Source: an uncultured Gemmatimonadales bacterium (GTDB lineage Bacteria; Gemmatimonadota; Gemmatimonadetes; Longimicrobiales; Gaopeijiaceae). Taken from it: DNA of 64,000 nt. The stretch covers positions 2,496,001-2,560,000 of the forward strand of contig CAWELD010000003.1 of assembly GCA_963809895.1 (NCBI GenBank). The letters run 5' to 3'. Shown here piece after piece: positions 1 to 9,544 of this stretch (position 1 is its first letter; every line of letters begins with the position of its first letter). The notes under the pieces are model-generated. The model saw only the letters and a program-made list of their open reading frames with translations. It was not told the origin of the DNA and did not search any database. The position numbers and the translations under genes were made by a program.

Positions 1-1101
1 TCGGCGGCCATGGCGGTGGCCTTCGCGGCGAACCTGTTCACGCTGTTCGCCGCCTACGAGGTGCTGACGCTCTCCACGTACCCTCTGGTGACGCACCACC
101 AGAACGAGGAGGCGCGGGCCGCGGGCCGGGTGTATCTGGGCATCCTGCTGAGCACCTCCATCGGTCTCCTGCTGCTGGCCATCGTGTGGACCTGGCTGGC
201 CGCGGGCACCCTGGAGTTCCGGCCCGGCGGCATCCTCACCGGACACGTCCAGGGCTGGCACGTGGGGCTGCTGCTGGGGCTGTTCGCCTTCGGCATCGGC
301 AAGGCGGCGCTCATGCCCATGCACCGCTGGCTGCCGGCGGCCATGGTGGCGCCCACGCCGGTGAGCGCCCTGCTGCACGCGGTGGCCGTGGTGAAGGCCG
401 GTGTGTTCGCCATCACCAAGGTGGTGGTCTACGTCTTCGGGCTGGAGCTCCTCACCAGCTCCGGAATGAACGTCTGGCTCATGTACGCCGCGGCGTTCAC
501 CATCATCGCGGCCTCGGTGAGCGCCATCCTGAAGGACAACCTGAAGGCGCGGCTGGCCTACTCCACCATCAGCCAGCTCTCCTACATCATCCTGGGAGCG
601 GCGCTGGCCAACGCCTCGGGGGTCATGGGCGGCGCCATGCACATCGCCATGCACGCCTTCGGCAAGATCACGCTGTTCTTCTGTGCCGGCGCCATCATGG
701 TGGCGGCCCACAAGACGAAGGTTAGCGAGCTGGACGGCCTGGGGCGACGCATGCCGGTGACCATGTTCGCCTTCTTCATCGCATCGCTGAGCATCATCGG
801 CCTGCCGCCCATGGGCGGCTCGTGGAGCAAGTGGTTTCTGGCCCTGGGCGCCGTGCAGGCGCACCAGCCGATCCTGGTGGCCGTGCTCATGATCAGTTCG
901 CTGCTGAGCATCGGCTACCTCATGCCCATCGTGGCACGGGCCTTCTTCCTGAGCCCACCGGACGGCGACGCGGAGGACGGCATCCACGAGGCTCCGCTCT
1001 TCATGCTGGTGCCGATCTGCATCACGGCGGCGGGCACCGTCGTGCTCTTCTTCCTGGCCGATGACCTGTACCGGCTCCTGAGCCCCATCGTGGGAGGGTA
1101 G
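1..1101 (+). CDS. Mrp-type monovalent cation/H+ antiporter, subunit D/A family (5'-truncated by window)
   Basis: Frame open from base 1; proton-antiporter membrane motifs YEVLTLSTYPL, KAALMPMHRWLPAAMVAPTPVSALLH, RLAYSTISQLSY; hydrophobic throughout. Confidence 0.9.
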   Translation, partial: SAAMAVAFAANLFTLFAAYEVLTLSTYPLVTHHQNEEARAAGRVYLGILLSTSIGLLLLAIVWTWLAAGTLEFRPGGILTGHVQGWHVGLLLGLFAFGIGKAALMPMHRWLPAAMVAPTPVSALLHAVAVVKAGVFAITKVVVYVFGLELLTSSGMNVWLMYAAAFTIIAASVSAILKDNLKARLAYSTISQLSYIILGAALANASGVMGGAMHIAMHAFGKITLFFCAGAIMVAAHKTKVSELDGLGRRMPVTMFAFFIASLSIIGLPPMGGSWSKWFLALGAVQAHQPILVAVLMISSLLSIGYLMPIVARAFFLSPPDGDAEDGIHEAPLFMLVPICITAAGTVVLFFLADDLYRLLSPIVGG

Positions 1102-1105
1102 AGGC

Positions 1106-1354
1106 GTGGAGAACGAGAAACGCTACTGGCTCGACGACCCGGCCAACGTCCGCAAGGTCTACATCGGCCTGTGGGTGGTCTGCATCGTGGTGGCGCTGCT
1201 GGATCTCTTCTACACGAAACACGCCCACTACCCCAGCGAGGAGTTCTTCGCCTTCCACGCGGCCTTCGGGTTCGTGGGATTCGCGGGGCTGGTCTTCGCC
1301 GGGAAGCTCCTGAGGAAAGTGGTGATGCGCGACGAGGACTACTATGACGAGTAG
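1106..1354 (+). CDS. Small membrane hypothetical protein within the Mrp cluster
   Basis: 82 aa, two hydrophobic segments, GTG start 4 nt after the previous stop, overlaps the next gene by 11 nt. Confidence 0.8.
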   Translation: MENEKRYWLDDPANVRKVYIGLWVVCIVVALLDLFYTKHAHYPSEEFFAFHAAFGFVGFAGLVFAGKLLRKVVMRDEDYYDE

Positions 1355-3050
1355 CCCGCTGCTCACCATGCTTCCGCCGGGCGCGATCCTCATCCTGGGA
1401 TCCCTCCTGGTGCCCCTCATGAAGGGGAGGGTGCGGGCGGCGTACATGCTGTTGCTGCCGGTGCTCAGCCTGGGCCAGCTCCTGATGATGCCCCAGGGCG
1501 AGCCCTACCACATCCGCTTCTTCGACTACGAGCTCACGCCGATCCGCGTGGATCGGCTTGCCATGGTGTGGGGCTACGTCTTCCACCTGGCTGCCTTCAT
1601 CAGCGTGCTCTTCGCTCTCAAGGTGAAGAAGTCCGGCGAGCACGTGGCCGGCCTCATGTACGCGGGCGCCGCCATCGCCGCGGTGTTCAGCGGCGATCTG
1701 ATCTCGCTGTTCGTCTTCTGGGAAGCCACCTCCTTCACCTCGGTCTTCCTCATCTGGGCTCGGCGCAAGGAGCGCTCGTACCGGGCGGGGATGCGTTACC
1801 TGGTGATCCAGGTGGGCTCGGGGGTGCTGCTGCTGGCCGGCGCGCTGGTGCACGTGGCGGCCACCGACTCCCTGGCGTTCGGCCATCTGGGCCTGGAAGC
1901 CGCCGGCGGCACCCTGATCTTCCTGGCCTTCGGCATCAAGGCGGCCTTCCCCCTGCTGCACAACTGGCTGCAGGACGCCTACCCGGAGGCCACGGTATCG
2001 GGCACGGTGTGGCTCAGCGCCTTCACCACCAAGCTGGCCATCTACGCGCTGGCTCGGGGCTTCGCCGGAACGGAGATCCTGGTGCCCATCGGCACCATCA
2101 TGACCGTGTTCCCCATTTTCTTCGCCGTCATCGAAAACGACTTCCGGCGGGTGCTGGCCTTCAGTCTGAACAACCAGCTGGGCTTCATGGTGGTGGGGAT
2201 CGGCATCGGCACGGAGCTGTCCCTGAACGGGACCGCGGCCCACGCCTTCGCGCACATCATCTACAAGGCGCTCCTCTTCATGTCCATGGGCGCCGTGCTC
2301 TACCGCACCGGCACCATCAAGGGCTCGGAGCTGGGTGGGCTCTACAAGTCCATGCCGCTGACGGCGGTCTTCTGCATCGTGGGGGCCGCCTCCATCTCGG
2401 CGTTCCCGCTGTTCAGCGGCTTCGTCAGCAAGTCCATGATCATCTCGGCCACCGCCGAGAACCACTACCGGCTCTACTACTTCCTGCTGTTGCTGGCGTC
2501 GGCTGGCGTAGTGGAGCACTCGGGCATCAAGATCCCCTACTTCACCTTCTTCGGGCACGACTCGGGGATCCGGGTGAAGGAGGCGCCGCTGAACATGCTG
2601 CTGGCCATGGGGATCGCCGCCTTCCTGTGCATCGGCATCGGCGTGTACCCGGCGCCCCTGTACCACATTCTGCCGTACGCCGTCGACTACGCGCCCTACA
2701 CCGCCACGCACGTGATCACCACGCTGCAGCTCCTGCTGTGGGCGGGCCTGGCCTTCGCGGTGCTCAACTGGTACAAGCTCTATCCCGCGGAGCTGGCGGC
2801 CATCAACCTCAACAGCGACTGGGTGTACCGGAAGGCGCTCCCTGCCGCCTGGACCTTCTCGCTGCGCGTGGGCACGCGCCTCTGGAATGGCTTCAAGCGC
2901 CTGTTCATGCGGCCGCTCACGCGGAGCATCGAGAACATTCATCGTTCCCACGGCCCGCAGGGCATCCTGGCCCGAACCTGGCCCGCCGGGAGCATGGCAC
3001 TGTGGGCGGTGATCCTCCTGTGTGCCGTGCTGTTGGTGTACTTCGTCTGA
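1344..3050 (+). CDS. mrpD: Na+/H+ antiporter subunit D (MrpD-like)
   Basis: FVFWE, KAAFPLLHNWLQDAYPEAT, RRVLAFSLNNQLGFM, HAFAHIIYKALLFM motifs; many TM helices. Confidence 0.85.
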   Translation: MTSSPLLTMLPPGAILILGSLLVPLMKGRVRAAYMLLLPVLSLGQLLMMPQGEPYHIRFFDYELTPIRVDRLAMVWGYVFHLAAFISVLFALKVKKSGEHVAGLMYAGAAIAAVFSGDLISLFVFWEATSFTSVFLIWARRKERSYRAGMRYLVIQVGSGVLLLAGALVHVAATDSLAFGHLGLEAAGGTLIFLAFGIKAAFPLLHNWLQDAYPEATVSGTVWLSAFTTKLAIYALARGFAGTEILVPIGTIMTVFPIFFAVIENDFRRVLAFSLNNQLGFMVVGIGIGTELSLNGTAAHAFAHIIYKALLFMSMGAVLYRTGTIKGSELGGLYKSMPLTAVFCIVGAASISAFPLFSGFVSKSMIISATAENHYRLYYFLLLLASAGVVEHSGIKIPYFTFFGHDSGIRVKEAPLNMLLAMGIAAFLCIGIGVYPAPLYHILPYAVDYAPYTATHVITTLQLLLWAGLAFAVLNWYKLYPAELAAINLNSDWVYRKALPAAWTFSLRVGTRLWNGFKRLFMRPLTRSIENIHRSHGPQGILARTWPAGSMALWAVILLCAVLLVYFV

Positions 3051-3061
3051 GGGGAGTCGTC

Positions 3062-4441
3062 ATGAAGGTCTGCAAGCGCTTCGTCGCGGCCGCTTCGGTG
3101 GCCACCGCCCTCCTCGCCACCGCGAGCACGGCGGCGGCCCAGACTCCGGACCTGTCGTCGTACCGCGCCGATGTGCAGCGCATCATCGAGGCGGCCACGG
3201 GCAGCCACGATGCCTACGGGCGGCTCGGCGAGCTGGTGGACGGGTTCGGACCTCGCTTCTCCGGCACGGTGAACCTGGAGCGTGCCATCGACTGGATCCT
3301 GGAGGAGATGAAGGCCGACGGGCTCCAGAACGTCCACGGCGAGGGCGTCATGGTGCCTCATTGGGTGCGGGGAGACGAATCGCTGGAGCTGATCACGCCC
3401 TATGCCCGCCGCATGCCCATGTTGGGCCTGGGAGGGAGCATCGGCACGCCCGCCGGCGGCATCCGCGCCGAGGTCATGGTGGTGGGTTCGTACGACGAGC
3501 TCGAAGCCCGGGCCGACGAGGCCCGCGGCCGCATCGTGCTCTTCAACGTGCCCTTCACCAACTACGGCGAGACGGTGCAGTACCGCACCGGCGGCGCCGT
3601 GGCCGCGGCCCGGGCCGGCGCCGTGGCGAGCCTGATCCGCTCGGTGGGCCCCTTCGGCATCCAGACGCCACACACCGGCGGCATGAGCTACGAGGATGGG
3701 GTCCGCAAGATCCCCCACGCCGCCATCACCATGGAGGACGCCGACCGCATCCAGCGCATGAGCGACCGGGGTCAGCGGGTGGAGGTGCTCCTGAAGATGG
3801 AGGCCGAGACCCAGCCCGACGCCCCGTCACGCAACGTGGTGGCGGAGCTGGTGGGGAGCGAGCACCCGGAGCAGGTGGTCGTGCTCGGCGGCCACATCGA
3901 CTCCTGGGACGTGGGCCAGGGAGCCATGGACGACGGCGGCGGCGCGGTGGCGGCCTGGGAGGCCGTGCGCCTCATCAAGGAGCTGGGCCTGACCCCGCGG
4001 CGCACGCTGCGGGTGGTCCTGTGGACCAACGAGGAGAACGGACTCCGGGGCGGCAACGGCTACCGGGATCAGCACATGGACGAGCTCGACGACCACGTGC
4101 TCGCCATGGAGTCCGACGGTGGCGTGTTCAGCCCCCAGGGCTTCGGCTTCACCGGCTCCGACGATGCCTGGGCGGTCATCCAGGCCATCGGCCGCATGCT
4201 GGAGCCCATCGGCGCCGGCACCATGACCCGCGGCGGGGGTGAGGCCGACATCGGCCCCATCATGCGCGAGGGGGTGCCGGGCATGGGCCTCCAGGTGGAT
4301 GGCACGAAGTACTTCTGGTACCACCACACCGAGGGCGACACGCTGGACAAGCTCGACCCCGACGAGGTGGCCCGCTGCGTGGCGGCCATGGCGGTGGTGG
4401 CCTACGTGGTGGCGGACATGCCGGAGCGGCTTCCGCGGTAG
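3062..4441 (+). CDS. M28 family metallopeptidase (carboxypeptidase Q-like), exported
   Basis: SD-like GAGGGGAG before ATG 3062; signal peptide (..TAAAQ); GGHIDSWDVGQGAMDDGGG, NEENGLRG, ESD, WYHHT motifs. Confidence 0.9.
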   Translation: MKVCKRFVAAASVATALLATASTAAAQTPDLSSYRADVQRIIEAATGSHDAYGRLGELVDGFGPRFSGTVNLERAIDWILEEMKADGLQNVHGEGVMVPHWVRGDESLELITPYARRMPMLGLGGSIGTPAGGIRAEVMVVGSYDELEARADEARGRIVLFNVPFTNYGETVQYRTGGAVAAARAGAVASLIRSVGPFGIQTPHTGGMSYEDGVRKIPHAAITMEDADRIQRMSDRGQRVEVLLKMEAETQPDAPSRNVVAELVGSEHPEQVVVLGGHIDSWDVGQGAMDDGGGAVAAWEAVRLIKELGLTPRRTLRVVLWTNEENGLRGGNGYRDQHMDELDDHVLAMESDGGVFSPQGFGFTGSDDAWAVIQAIGRMLEPIGAGTMTRGGGEADIGPIMREGVPGMGLQVDGTKYFWYHHTEGDTLDKLDPDEVARCVAAMAVVAYVVADMPERLPR

Positions 4442-4557
4442 CGATCCGCTACCCCCCGTCGTCGAGTCCGCATCTCGACAGGTGGATAAAACAATCCGCC
4501 CGCCCCTTCCGTAAGAAGAAGACGAGGGCTCGGAAGCCACCCGCAGGAGGACGTACC

Positions 4558-5406
4558 GTGTACGACGAATACGAACGCGCGATGACCGGGCGGACCCGTT
4601 CGGGCATGGGACTCATGGGCTGGATCGGAGTGGGACTCGCCACTTCGGCACTGATCATGGTCGGCGTCGGAGTCGCCGGCGCGATCTTCGTCAAGCACCG
4701 CATGGCGGACCTGCAGGAGGCCTGGAGGGCCAGCCCCGCGGTGACCGTGGCCGACATGCTGGCGCGCCTGGACCCGGCGCTGGAGTCGGTGGACCGGGCG
4801 AACGGCGGTAGGGTGGCGACCCTGCGGGACGCGCGCTCGGGCGAGACCGCCAGCTTCGACTTCCAGGATCTCGTCCGCGGTGACCTCCGCATCCAGGACC
4901 GCGACGGACGCGACGTCTCGGTGCAGCTGCGCGGTGACGAGAACGGTGGCTCGCTGGTGGTGAACGCCGACGGAGAGCGTGTCCGATTCGACCTGGTGCG
5001 TCAGGGCGACGGTGCCCACCTCGTGATCCGCAGCAGCGACGGAGACGTGGTGCGGCTGGGTGCCGGCGACGGCGCCGAGCCCGTGGACGTGCCGGCGTGG
5101 CTCCCCAGGACGGGATCCATGCCTTCGGCGCCACGCCCCGTGTTCTCCGCCCGCTCGGGCGACGGCACCGCCGGTGCCGTGACGTGGACGTCCGGCGACG
5201 AGCCCCGGACCATCGTGGCTTCCTGGGCTCGAGAACTGCGGGACCGTGGCTTCGACGTGGTGCGCCAATCGGCGAGCCGAAACGGCCGTGAAGACCAGGC
5301 GTCGGTCTGGGCCAGCGACGAGGATCAGGGCCGCTCGGCATTCCTGGTCGCGGCGCGCGAAGACGGCGAGACCAACGTCGTGGCGGGCTTCCGCATCCGG
5401 CACTGA
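4558..5406 (+). CDS. Hypothetical protein with one N-terminal membrane anchor and beta-rich extracytoplasmic region
   Basis: AGGAGG before GTG 4558; TM segment WIGVGLATSALIMVGVGVAGAIFV; codon pattern consistent with coding. Confidence 0.75.
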   Translation: MYDEYERAMTGRTRSGMGLMGWIGVGLATSALIMVGVGVAGAIFVKHRMADLQEAWRASPAVTVADMLARLDPALESVDRANGGRVATLRDARSGETASFDFQDLVRGDLRIQDRDGRDVSVQLRGDENGGSLVVNADGERVRFDLVRQGDGAHLVIRSSDGDVVRLGAGDGAEPVDVPAWLPRTGSMPSAPRPVFSARSGDGTAGAVTWTSGDEPRTIVASWARELRDRGFDVVRQSASRNGREDQASVWASDEDQGRSAFLVAAREDGETNVVAGFRIRH

Positions 5407-5409
5407 CGT

Positions 5410-5435
5410 CCCGCCGGCGGCCGTCCGCCGGCGGG
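5410..5435. terminator. GC-rich hairpin (possible terminator or REP-like element)
   Basis: CCCGCCGGCGG-ccgt-CCGCCGGCGGG perfect 11-bp stem 3 nt after a stop; no U-tract. Confidence 0.45.
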
Positions 5436-5603
5436 GTTCCAGGGAATACGCGGGACCACAGCACTTGCATTTCGAAGGGTTTTCGGAGCAAGATTCTCGT
5501 CCTGCACCAGCCCTCGTGTGTGTGAGCGCCTCGCGGATCCCTTCAGGCGCTGCGACATCGAGCGCCATCCGCGTCCCTCGCCCCGCCTCGGAAGCCGCCG
5601 CGC

Positions 5604-7454
5604 GTGAAGCTGTTCAAGGACCTCCTGGAACGCCATGTCGCCCGCTACTTCGTGGCCTATTGCGCGGCGGGTTGGGCGGCGCTGGAGGCGGTGGACCAGC
5701 TCCGTGAGAACGGCGTCGTGCCCGGTTGGGTGTGGCGTGCCGCCTTCGCGCTGTTCCTGTCCGGCCTGCCCGGCGCCGTCATCGTCTCCTGGTTCCATGG
5801 CGCCAAGGGCAAGCAGGTCATGCCCACCATCGAGAAATGGCTGCTGGCGGGGGTAGGCGTCTTCGCCGTGGCCGTGACCGTGTCCGTGGCACGCAGCGGG
5901 ATGGAGCCCACCACGGGAGCGACGGCCGAACTGGAACCTTGGCAGGACCCGAGCCACGTGGCCGTCCTCTACTTCGACGCCCGCGGAGGCGGCGACGCCG
6001 ACTTCCTGGCCTCGGGTCTCACCGAGGGCCTCATCGACGAGCTGAGCGCCGTCGAGGGCATCCACGTCGTGTCCAAGAACGGCTCCCAGCTCTTCCGGAA
6101 CTCGACGGCCCCACCGGACAGCATCGGCAAGACCCTCGAGGTGGGAACGCTTGTGGGGGGCACCGTCGCCCAGGCCGGCGACCGCGTGCAGGTAGACGTC
6201 AACGTCACCAACGCGGCCACCGGCAAACAATACGCGACGACCCGCCTGCAGAGGCCACGCACGGAGATCTTCGAGCTCACCGATACCCTGGCGAAGACCG
6301 TGGCGCTCTTCCTGCGTCAGCAGATCGGCGTCGAGGTCGGTGACGTTCGGCTGCGCGCCGGGACCAATGTTCCGGGAGCCTGGGAACTGGTGCAGCAAGC
6401 GGCCAATGCGGAGCGCGAGGCCAAGGAGCTCACCACGTCCAATGACCTGCAAGGCGCGGCGCGGGCCTACACGCGCGCCGATTCCACGCTGGCCCAGGCC
6501 GAGGCCACGGATCCTTCGTGGATCGAACCCGTGGTACGCCGCGGGTGGCTCGCCTACCAGCAGGCGCGGCTGGGAGGCCTGGACCGCTCCCAGTATCAAC
6601 GCTGGATCGACGCCGGTCTGGGTCACGCCGAGCAGGCCCTGGCCATGGACTCCACCAACGCCGGAGCGCTGGACCTGAAGGCGACGCTCCAGTACTGGCG
6701 CTACCTCCTCAACCTGGCAGGAGGCGCGGAAGAATCGCAGCGGCTCTTCCAGGAAGCGGAAGCGGGCTTCCGGGCCGCGACGCTGCACGACCGTAATCGC
6801 GCATCGGCGTATACGTCGCTCAGCCACCTGCTCCTCAACAAGGGAGAGGTGGCGCAGGCCAAGCTGGCCGCGGAGAGCGCGTACGAAGCGGACCCGTTCC
6901 TGGAGAACGCCAATCTGACGCTCTGGCGCCTGGTGAGCGCCTCCTGGGACCTGAACGACGCCGTGGAAGCGGAGCGATACTGCAACGAAGGGCTGCGGCG
7001 CTTTCCCGACGACTACCGCTTTCACCAGTGCCGCCTCATGCTGCAGGGCTTGCCCGAGCGCACCCCGGATATCGACGAGGCGTGGCAGAGGCTGGCCGAG
7101 TTCGCAGAGCTGAGCCCGCCTCAGGTCCGCGAGGTGAACCGGCACAAGGGCATGATGTACGTTGCCATGGCCCTGGCCCGGGCCAATCAGCCGGACTCGG
7201 CCCGCGCCGTGGCGCTGAACGGGCGCGTGCCGGCGGAAGAGGACCCGATCCGGGAGGTCAGCTACTTCGAGGCCTTCGTCCGGACCTGGCTGGGCGACTA
7301 CGACGAGGCCACACGCCTCATGGGCCTCTACCTGGCGGCGAACCCGGGCCTGCGTGATTCCTACCGCGACGCCGTGGAGCAGAAGGAAGTGCCCTGGTAC
7401 CTCGCGGATCTGGCGGACTTCCCCGCCTTTCGCTCACTATTGGGCGCGCGCTGA
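5604..7454 (+). CDS. Membrane-anchored TolB-N-like/TPR protein
   Basis: N-terminal TM helices (ERHVARYFVAYCAAGW..), VAVLYF..FLASGLTEGLIDELS..GTLVGGTV domain, then helical TPR-like repeats. Confidence 0.8.
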   Translation: MKLFKDLLERHVARYFVAYCAAGWAALEAVDQLRENGVVPGWVWRAAFALFLSGLPGAVIVSWFHGAKGKQVMPTIEKWLLAGVGVFAVAVTVSVARSGMEPTTGATAELEPWQDPSHVAVLYFDARGGGDADFLASGLTEGLIDELSAVEGIHVVSKNGSQLFRNSTAPPDSIGKTLEVGTLVGGTVAQAGDRVQVDVNVTNAATGKQYATTRLQRPRTEIFELTDTLAKTVALFLRQQIGVEVGDVRLRAGTNVPGAWELVQQAANAEREAKELTTSNDLQGAARAYTRADSTLAQAEATDPSWIEPVVRRGWLAYQQARLGGLDRSQYQRWIDAGLGHAEQALAMDSTNAGALDLKATLQYWRYLLNLAGGAEESQRLFQEAEAGFRAATLHDRNRASAYTSLSHLLLNKGEVAQAKLAAESAYEADPFLENANLTLWRLVSASWDLNDAVEAERYCNEGLRRFPDDYRFHQCRLMLQGLPERTPDIDEAWQRLAEFAELSPPQVREVNRHKGMMYVAMALARANQPDSARAVALNGRVPAEEDPIREVSYFEAFVRTWLGDYDEATRLMGLYLAANPGLRDSYRDAVEQKEVPWYLADLADFPAFRSLLGAR

Positions 7455-7494
7455 AACGCACGGCGACGCGCTTCCATCCCCGTTGGAGACCCCC

Positions 7495-8874
7495 ATGCAC
7501 AGCAAGACCCTCCCCTTCACACTTGCGGCCGGCCTCGCCGTAGTCGTGGCGTGGAGCTGCTCGGATTCCTCCCAGCCACTCACTGAAGCCGTGCCGGCGC
7601 CCTCCCGGTCTCCGACGTTCGCGCCCGGCACCTGCACGAACCTGGGAGACGTCACAAGCAACGCCCAGAGCTATTTCTCGGGCGACGACGAGACGACGGT
7701 GCTCAACCGGCTGGACCACCTCTCCAGCGCCTGCGCGAACGGAAACCAGCCCGCCACCGCTTCGCTCGCCTGGGGCATCCTCGACGTCCTGGAGGACGTG
7801 CTGCAGAACGGAAAGGGCGGTGACCCCGGGATCGGCGCCGACTTCGTAAATGGCATTCTCGATTGCATCGAGGATCTGTGCGCTCCGGGAGCCGGTGAGG
7901 AGAGCGGCCTGGACTTCCTGGCCGCGCTGGGCCCACAAGGGATCTTCGCGGTGCGCTACGGGGGATCGACCCCGGCGATCGCCAGAGGCCCGATCAGCTT
8001 CGTCGACTTCGACGGAAAGCAGAATCAAGGACTGTGGGGAATCGAGGTCCAGGGCGATTGGGAAACCGTGACCGGTGCCGATCCGCTCCTCCTCTACGGC
8101 GGACCGCTGATGCAGAACCCGACCACCATCCTGGATCAGAGCCTCGGAGACGTGCAGGCCAACATCAAGCGATATCCCATCGTCGGGAAGTTCGTCGACG
8201 GGGGACTCCACGTGGGCCTGTGCCTGAAGTATGAGACCACGCTGCCACACCCGAACGACGACCCGTCGCTGCCGCCGCTGGAGCCTCGCATCCAGAGGGA
8301 GTCCGTGCTCCTGGAAGACTACAGCCCGGGATTCTGCGGTGGCTTCTCCATGCCGGCCTCGGCCAGCATCCAGAGCGCGTCGGTGGTGGGATCGGCCCTG
8401 GCGGGCCTCCGGAGCCTCCTCCTGTCCCCGCCGCCGCCGGCCTTCGCCGAGCGCAGGATCGTGGCCGTGGGCGGAACGCCGCTGGATTTCTCCCGCTTCG
8501 CGCCAGTGGGCGCCGCCACGGACGGCTTCCTGGAGTTCGTGTCGGGTCCCGACAGCCGCGCCGTCGAAGGCGAGTCCGTCGGCGACATCCAGGTGCGCGC
8601 CAGGTCCGGCGGTGGCACGCCCATCGAAAAGGTGGAAGTCACCCTGTCCATCAAGAACAACAAGGGTGAGCCCGCCGGAGCCTTCCTCACCGGCGACGTC
8701 GTCTCGGTCACCGACGAGGACCGGGGCATCGCGGTTTTCGGCGACCTGGGCGCCGACCCGCCGGCGGCCAACAAGCCCGGTGGCTATCTGTTGTGCGCCA
8801 CAGGCACAGTGAACGGCTTCACCTTCGCCGAGGTGTGTTCGGAGCGGTTCCACGTGAACAAGGCCAAGAAGTAG
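7495..8874 (+). CDS. Cys-rich hypothetical lipoprotein, possible C-terminal Ig-like domain
   Basis: GGAG before ATG 7495; lipoprotein-like signal ending VVAWSC; 8 further Cys. Confidence 0.75.
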   Translation: MHSKTLPFTLAAGLAVVVAWSCSDSSQPLTEAVPAPSRSPTFAPGTCTNLGDVTSNAQSYFSGDDETTVLNRLDHLSSACANGNQPATASLAWGILDVLEDVLQNGKGGDPGIGADFVNGILDCIEDLCAPGAGEESGLDFLAALGPQGIFAVRYGGSTPAIARGPISFVDFDGKQNQGLWGIEVQGDWETVTGADPLLLYGGPLMQNPTTILDQSLGDVQANIKRYPIVGKFVDGGLHVGLCLKYETTLPHPNDDPSLPPLEPRIQRESVLLEDYSPGFCGGFSMPASASIQSASVVGSALAGLRSLLLSPPPPAFAERRIVAVGGTPLDFSRFAPVGAATDGFLEFVSGPDSRAVEGESVGDIQVRARSGGGTPIEKVEVTLSIKNNKGEPAGAFLTGDVVSVTDEDRGIAVFGDLGADPPAANKPGGYLLCATGTVNGFTFAEVCSERFHVNKAKK

Positions 8875-8946
8875 TGGTCCGACCCGGTGGCTTGCGTCGT
8901 TTCGGACAAGCCCCTGGGGTGATTCGACCCACCCCGAATGCAAGAA

Positions 8947-8973
8947 TCCCCCGCCGGCGAGGCCGGCGGGGGA
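8947..8973. terminator. Hairpin between convergent genes, probable terminator
   Basis: TCCCCCGCCGGC-gag-GCCGGCGGGGGA perfect 12-bp stem between stops at 8874 and 8996. Confidence 0.65.
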
Positions 8974-8995
8974 CGAAGGCGTTGCGATCCAGCGG

Positions 8996-9439
8996 TCAGA
9001 AGGAGCCGTCGCCGGTGACGGTGAGATGCGCCACGCAGGACCCGTTCTCGCCGGTGAGGCTCACCTCATGGGTTCCCGGAACGGCGGCGTTGGTGTTGAG
9101 CCAGAGAACCGCCACGTTGGCATCCTCTCGCGACATCTCGATGGGCTTCGGCGGCGTGTCCGGATTGGCCATGTCCTGCCTCGGCAGATCCTCGGGCGCC
9201 GCGATCAGGATGCCGGTGTCCTCGGGCGCCTGGATGGCGCTGATGGTTCCGACGTCCTCCGACAGGGTGAACGCCACTCGCACAGCCGGCTGACCGGCGG
9301 CGACCTCCAGCGGGAGCACCTCGGCGGTGCACTGCTGGGGCTCGGCCTGCTCCTGGGCCGTGAGGGCCTGGGGTGACGCGGCGAAAGGAAGCGCCAGCAC
9401 CAGGGCGGGCAGGAGCGCATTCGAGAGGGACTTACGCAT
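8996..9439 (-). CDS. Small exported hypothetical protein (147 aa)
   Basis: GGAGGTG before ATG 9439; signal peptide MRKSLSNALLPALVLALPFAASPQALTA; two Cys near the ends of the mature part. Confidence 0.8.
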   Translation of the reverse strand: MRKSLSNALLPALVLALPFAASPQALTAQEQAEPQQCTAEVLPLEVAAGQPAVRVAFTLSEDVGTISAIQAPEDTGILIAAPEDLPRQDMANPDTPPKPIEMSREDANVAVLWLNTNAAVPGTHEVSLTGENGSCVAHLTVTGDGSF

Positions 9440-9507
9440 GGTACACCTCCAGCGGTACTGCATGAACCGTCCGTCGCCGGAGAAGCCCGACGACTGCCCT
9501 GGAGGAT

Positions 9508-9523
9508 TGCAATCGGCGTGCCA
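9508..9523 (-). promoter_or_regulatory. sigma54 (-24/-12) promoter
   Basis: Minus strand TGGCAC-GCCGA-TTGCA, consensus match 68 nt upstream of ATG 9439. Confidence 0.8.
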
Positions 9524-9544
9524 GCCGCTGCCGGGAAAGCCGCG

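Noticed and set aside
1568..3061. 957-aa ORF appearing to extend the M28 peptidase upstream
   Set aside because: Extension is an off-frame shadow of mrpD; SD and signal peptide place the start at 3062
4487..4514. ECF-sigma-like AAAC..CGTA promoter before the 4558 gene
   Set aside because: Motif too short to support without TSS data
5454..5469. TTGCA with upstream GG as a possible sigma54 site
   Set aside because: GG is not at canonical spacing from GC
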